Shown: positions 19,686 to 24,122 of the stretch, piece after piece
Layout: each line of letters begins with the position of its first letter
Position numbering within the stretch: position 1 is the stretch's first letter
Assembly: GCA_030167865.1 (NCBI GenBank)
Contig: JALAGF010005880.1
Coordinates: forward strand, 62,001 to 86,122
Reading direction: 5' to 3'
Length of the DNA: 24,122 nt
DNA from: Craspedostauros australis
Taxonomy: Eukaryota
Notes under the pieces: model-generated
What the model saw: only the letters and a program-made list of their open reading frames with translations
What the model was told of the DNA's origin: nothing
Databases searched by the model: none
Position numbers and translations under genes: made by a program

Positions 19686-20234
19686 AGAGACGTGATGGGC
19701 CGGTGCTCCTACGAGCTACGAGCTATTCTGCCGACATATCATAACGAGTAGAGTTCGAGCTGGGAAAATCTGTATCTACCCACCCACTCATTCACTTGTC
19801 CACATTGGGATACATACTCCAATACTCGTATGTGGAGATACAATTGTAGCAATAGTTTGTGTATTCATTGGTGGGACTATTCTACATACGAGTGCCACCT
19901 CACAAACTCGTACCATACGTGCGTAAGTGCTCCAACATTTCTGATGCATCCACTCACATCCCCCCAAACTCATAGTGGACCAGAAGGGACTCGCGCCACC
20001 TGTTGCATACGGGCTTGGAAAAGGTAGATCTTGGCGAAGTTGGGCCCTTGTGGCCGTGCCACCTCTCTCTAGCGAGTAGTTTTCCTCCTTTGCTCTGCTC
20101 TAGCTCGTATATTAATGTTATATGGCGCATTGCAGAACAGCTTGTGTTGATGGCGCATTCGGCTGTGTGAGCATTGCAGTATCGAAGATGGTTGCACCCC
20201 GTGGCCACCGTCCCTGATCCCTGCCAAAACTTCG

Positions 20235-21632
20235 CTACCACTTGAAGGATCCGTGTTTCTTCATGTTCACGCTGAGTAGCGTTTCCGCGCTCGCCAGAGG
20301 AGCCAGAGATTTCTTGTCGGAGCTCTGCCTGCGTTCGAGGCGTCTCATCCCAGAGACAGTTGGTTGCGGCGGAGTCCGACCGGTGCTCAACGAAGTGGAG
20401 GATGCTGCAATCGCAAGGGACACGTTGTCCCTCTCCATCGGCGTTGGCAAGGCACGCAGGGAGCCGTACCTTGTCACCACCTTTGCATCAACCGCTTTGC
20501 TCCTATGCTTCGGGCCCCCCTTCTTAAAATCTCTTGATGCATAATGGTTGTCCATACTCGAGCGACGCTGAGTCCGCCTGTGTATCACGTTTGGCTCTGG
20601 TGCAGTGGTGGGATTGGAAGTGTCGGGAGATAGGTCAGTTTTGGATTGCATGCTGTGACGCCTGCTCATGAGTCTTGTCTTTGGTGCCGGTCGCCCTTTG
20701 TTTGCTTCTTCAGGTGCTGCGTCTCCGTCTGCATCTTCCCCAATCCGCCTGGTTGAGCCTGGTCGGGGATTTTCCTGATGCCGCCTCCTCAGGCGCTCTG
20801 ATCGATGCAAACTGCTGGTCTTGAGTTCTGCGTTGAGTTCATTGGATTTCGACGAGCCTTGCTTTGCTGATGCGTTGGAGAAGCCTGGCCAATCCACCAG
20901 CGCAAAATCGAGCACGATGGGTTTTCGGTCTCTGAGCTGGACGTCGGAATAATCCAGCCTCTTCGTGCGCTCCTGAAAGTCTTTCTGCACAATCATGGCT
21001 CCATCTCGCAAGAGCAGATCTGTGGTACTAGTCGACGGCCTGGCCGTTGAATCAATGGCATGCGATCGTCTGGAAGCTGACTCCGATGTACTCGTAGGTC
21101 TGGACCCGGATTTAGAATGCGAGCGATCTTCGGTGTTCTTTCGGGATGTGCTTCTGCGGTCGGGATGCTCCTTCGTGCTCTTTGTCGATCTGGTCCGACC
21201 GTTGCCGTTCCCGCCACTGACAGCGTCACTTCTGCTGGGAGCTCTACGCTCGCCGCCTTCTCCACTGCCACTGCGACTTCTGGGCTCTGTGGGCCTGGCG
21301 CTTCTCGCGTTCGATCTGCGGCCGCTGCTGCTGCCGCCACTGCTGCTGATGTTGGCTGGTTTCGATTCCTTCACCTCCGTGTCATCAGCGCTGCCCTCCT
21401 CACTTCTCTTGCGTCGACCTCGGCTTCGATCTTGGGTGCGAGCGGGATTGTTGGAAGCACGCTTCGGCTGTTCGGACGTGCGGCCTTCTTCGTCACTCCC
21501 GCTCCTCGGTCTGTTCCTGCGGCTTCTCCTCGAATGCCTGCTGCTGCTGCCATCGCGAGGCGGCCGATCGGACGGCTGCCGTTGCCTCTGCTGGCCTTCC
21601 GAGCTCTTGTCATCTTGTGATTCTGTCGTCAT
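20235..21632 (-). CDS. Hypothetical Ser/Arg-rich disordered protein (about 465 aa from MTTESQ; frame stays open upstream to 22073)
   Basis: Long ORF; ATG 21632 follows a CA-rich leader. R/S-rich N-half, short hydrophobic island (LLLRDGAMIVQKDF...PIVLDFALVDWPGF), and RRHS/RRSS/RRQS motifs. Confidence 0.7.
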   Translation of the reverse strand: MTTESQDDKSSEGQQRQRQPSDRPPRDGSSSRHSRRSRRNRPRSGSDEEGRTSEQPKRASNNPARTQDRSRGRRKRSEEGSADDTEVKESKPANISSSGGSSSGRRSNARSARPTEPRSRSGSGEGGERRAPSRSDAVSGGNGNGRTRSTKSTKEHPDRRSTSRKNTEDRSHSKSGSRPTSTSESASRRSHAIDSTARPSTSTTDLLLRDGAMIVQKDFQERTKRLDYSDVQLRDRKPIVLDFALVDWPGFSNASAKQGSSKSNELNAELKTSSLHRSERLRRRHQENPRPGSTRRIGEDADGDAAPEEANKGRPAPKTRLMSRRHSMQSKTDLSPDTSNPTTAPEPNVIHRRTQRRSSMDNHYASRDFKKGGPKHRSKAVDAKVVTRYGSLRALPTPMERDNVSLAIAASSTSLSTGRTPPQPTVSGMRRLERRQSSDKKSLAPLASAETLLSVNMKKHGSFKW

Positions 21633-21676
21633 GCTGTGGGCCGCTGTGGAGCGAATGGCAACGAATGGTAGCGTGA

Positions 21677-21694
21677 GTGTGTGTGTGTGTGTGT
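21677..21694. repeat. (GT)9 microsatellite ((AC)9 on the sense strand of the leader)
   Basis: Read directly. Confidence 0.85.
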
Positions 21695-21776
21695 TTTGCG
21701 ATGGCGATGCTACGATGGCAACGGCGACGCTTGTCCTGCTGAATGCTTCCGGCAAACAGGAGCTGGAACAGGTGCG

Positions 21777-21808
21777 GTATTGGTAGCCGTATTGGTAGGC
21801 GTATTGGT
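21777..21808. repeat. 12-bp period tandem repeat, GTATTGGT x3
   Basis: gtattggtagcc gtattggtaggc gtattggt. Confidence 0.8.
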
Positions 21809-22488
21809 GTAGATGTACGCCCTTTGATGTCCATGTACTACGATGGTATGGCTCGTACGTGCTGGATCTATCCGTGGGGGATGTGGAACTCGTGACACTG
21901 ACAAGCAACAGCAGGAGCGGCGACTTCGGCTCAGCGGTCTTTGTCAGGAGTTCTCGCATCATGGTGGCAGTCATCGACCCAGCCTTGCTCGCCACAAGTT
22001 CAGCCGCCATCACCTGATACGGGCAGAAGAGCGCTTGTGTCGGTCTTTTCTGATTCTGTTGCGAAAAAGTCACGGTGATGCCATGGTTTTGGTACCTGTC
22101 GAATGTGGCTTGGGATGCGACGGGTATTTAATATACTAGTATTATCGTATTCAAAATCCAAACACTTGAAATCTGTCGCGTTCCTCGAACACAACCGCAA
22201 ACACAAACGCAAACACGATGTGCCCATTCCCTCCAACTGACCAACACAAATGAAACGCTCTTGTTGTCGCTCTCGCTCTCACTCTCATCCTCTCATCCTC
22301 TCTTCCTCAGACAACACGCTCCCCGATTCACACACAAACACAACTACTATAGTGTATATCATACTATACTGGACGAGTAATATACGAGTACTCTGCATGC
22401 TCCGCTCACAAGCTGCGACCTCCGCGCCCAATTGTACATACAATACTCTACTCTACACTGCTCTCTTACACTCTGTGAAAGCACGAAA

Positions 22489-23115
22489 ATGGACTTAGGT
22501 TTCGGCAACAAGAATCAGCAGGTCGGATCGGTGGCAGCCAGTGCGTTGGCCCAATCCACCAGAGCGCAGGAGCAGACGATCGAAGACGAGCTGGACTACT
22601 ACGACCGTCTGCTGGAGGATGAGGATGCGCTGGTGGAGCTGCGCAAGAAGCGGATGGAAAGCCTGAAGGCCCAGCACGCGCAGAAGCTGCGATGGAAGGA
22701 ATTGGGACACGGCACGTACTCCGAGTTGGGCGGTGGCCAGAATGCCGATGCAGCGAAGGAGTTCTTCGAGGCATCCAAGAAGTCAGAGCGCCTCGTGGTC
22801 CACTTTTACCGCCCCACCACGAGATTCTGCGATATCTTCCACGCTCACTTGTCGAAGCTGGCACCGAGACACGTTGGGACGCGATTCGTCAAGATCAATG
22901 TGGAGAACTGCGAGAACCAAGGCGGCGGCGCCTCCTTCTTGGTGGAGAGGCTGCATGTCGTGGTCATGCCGACGCTGGTGCTTGTCAAGGACAGGAACGC
23001 ATTCCACCAACTCGAGGGTTTTGATGAGATGGGTGGATCGGACAAGTTCCCCGCGTCTGAGCTGGAGAGGGTGCTGGCGGCGCACGGCATGCTGGCAGAC
23101 GAGGATGACAACTGA
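22489..23115 (+). CDS. TXNDC9: Thioredoxin domain-containing protein 9 / phosducin-like protein 3 (CCT chaperonin cofactor), 208 aa
   Basis: Helical N-part (LVELRKKRMESLK), GHGTYSEL, EFFEASKKSERLVVHFY, C..F..HLSKLA.RHVGTRFVKIN.E, FLVERL.V.VMPTL, GFDEMGG.D.F...LE. This is a phosducin-type thioredoxin fold lacking CxxC. Confidence 0.92.
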   Translation: MDLGFGNKNQQVGSVAASALAQSTRAQEQTIEDELDYYDRLLEDEDALVELRKKRMESLKAQHAQKLRWKELGHGTYSELGGGQNADAAKEFFEASKKSERLVVHFYRPTTRFCDIFHAHLSKLAPRHVGTRFVKINVENCENQGGGASFLVERLHVVVMPTLVLVKDRNAFHQLEGFDEMGGSDKFPASELERVLAAHGMLADEDDN

Positions 23116-23519
23116 TGACCATCGCTTTCGCGTTGGTTCCCAGTGCCACTGCCAATACCGCCACAATCGATGATCCATGATCCCGCATTACTCGTATTGC
23201 GATCATCCATGTGTGGTACTGCTGCACAGCCGGCGGAATCAATCGAGGGAGCAGCCAACGGATTGGTTCATGGACTTGACCTGAGTTGACGAAGGCAGGG
23301 GACTCTTGCCGCGTCATATTGGTAGCATACACTCTATCATATCGTCCAATGCACGACAGGCACTTGTTCAGAGAGCGGTCTATGCGTGATGGTAGGTCGT
23401 GAGGTATTCGTCGTTCAACAGCTTGCACACAAGAACACTCTCGATAGTTTTTACCACAGGGATACGATTTATGCCTGTGTGGTGGTCGCATTGTATGATA
23501 ATTTGTACCGCATGATGAC

Positions 23520-23621
23520 CGGTGGACAGTCGACGATGTACTCGTAGTCGTAAGTATGAAGATATTCGGTGGACAGTCGACGATGTACTCGTAGTCGTAA
23601 GTATGAAGATATTCGGTGGAC
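23520..23621. repeat. Perfect 47-bp tandem duplication (2 copies + 8 bp)
   Basis: Unit cggtggacagtcgacgatgtactcgtagtcgtaagtatgaagatatt at 23520 and 23567, then cggtggac at 23614-23621. Confidence 0.95.
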
Positions 23622-23818
23622 CACTCGCAACAGTCTCCGGACACGGTGATGGTGGGGATTCCGCAGTACGTGTGGGTAACAAACAAAACATGTCCAAATT
23701 TACACGATTCCGCGTGAGACATGTGACATGAAATCAAGCAGATACGGACGTTATTACCGGTTATTTGAGCGTTAGACTGGGCACTTGCAGCTGAATCGTA
23801 CGCAGCAGAGTAGAGACC

Positions 23819-23940
23819 NNNNNNNNNNNNNNNNNNNNNNNNNNNNNNNNNNNNNNNNNNNNNNNNNNNNNNNNNNNNNNNNNNNNNNNNNNNNNNNNNN
23901 NNNNNNNNNNNNNNNNNNNNNNNNNNNNNNNNNNNNNNNN
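23819..23940. other. Assembly gap (122 N)
   Basis: Run of N. Confidence 0.99.
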
Positions 23941-24122
23941 AGAGGAACAGCCTGAAGAGGCTACGATAATACTGGAGCTGCAGAATCGTGTAGTATCCGC
24001 CATGGCCGGCACAGCCTGCGTAGTGCGGCGTCTCCTACGACAATCATGTGCTGATGTATATTGGTCAACATCAGAGGGACGTCAACTCAATGTGACGCAT
24101 TTGCGCGATTGAGTGGCATCGA

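Noticed and set aside
20995..21786. 263-aa Leu-rich + strand ORF resembling a membrane or LRR protein
   Set aside because: Antisense mirror of the Ser/Arg/Glu codons (AGC/AGA/GAG) of orphan 3.
23520..23621. CRISPR-like repeat-spacer pattern
   Set aside because: The 'spacers' are identical and the 'repeat' is only 8 bp. The context is eukaryotic with no cas genes; it is a plain tandem duplication.
22985..23737. 250-aa minus-strand ORF with an internal repeat
   Set aside because: Overlaps the TXNDC9 3' end in antisense, spans the 47-bp (non-triplet) duplication, and has no transposase or other motif.
1..24122. tRNA, rRNA, snRNA or transposon genes
   Set aside because: By eye I found no cloverleaf with T-loop, rRNA-like segment, LTR/PBS, terminal inverted repeat pair or RT/transposase motif. 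A tRNAscan/Infernal/RepeatMasker run would be needed to exclude them formally.

Overview
Eukaryotic nuclear DNA, most likely from a diatom or related stramenopile alga. The evidence is GT-AG spliceosomal introns, a predicted bipartite 'VCA|F' plastid-targeting presequence and gene-dense organisation. Nine protein-coding genes can be supported, in order: the 5' end of a Ser/Thr protein kinase (-, runs off the left edge), a probably plastid-targeted TPR/HAT-like protein (+), IMP dehydrogenase (-, 2 exons), an MFS_5/MOT2-type molybdate-anion transporter (+, 4 exons), a diverged mitochondrial dihydrolipoamide acetyltransferase E2-like protein (+, 2 exons), three consecutive large Ser/Arg-rich disordered orphan proteins (+,+,-) and a phosducin-like TXNDC9/PLP3 protein (+). 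A 47-bp tandem duplication and a 122-N assembly gap lie near the right end. I found no tRNA, rRNA, CRISPR array or recognisable transposon, and I cannot demonstrate a new biological system from sequence alone. The best leads are: an E2 paralog with the catalytic Ser replaced by Met; a c-Myc-like NLS on IMPDH exon 1; a CTAGAGAG motif at the 3' end of five consecutive genes; competing stem-loops just downstream of the molybdate transporter; the head-to-head IMPDH/MOT2 pair; and the orphan disordered-protein triplet. All splice models were derived by hand.
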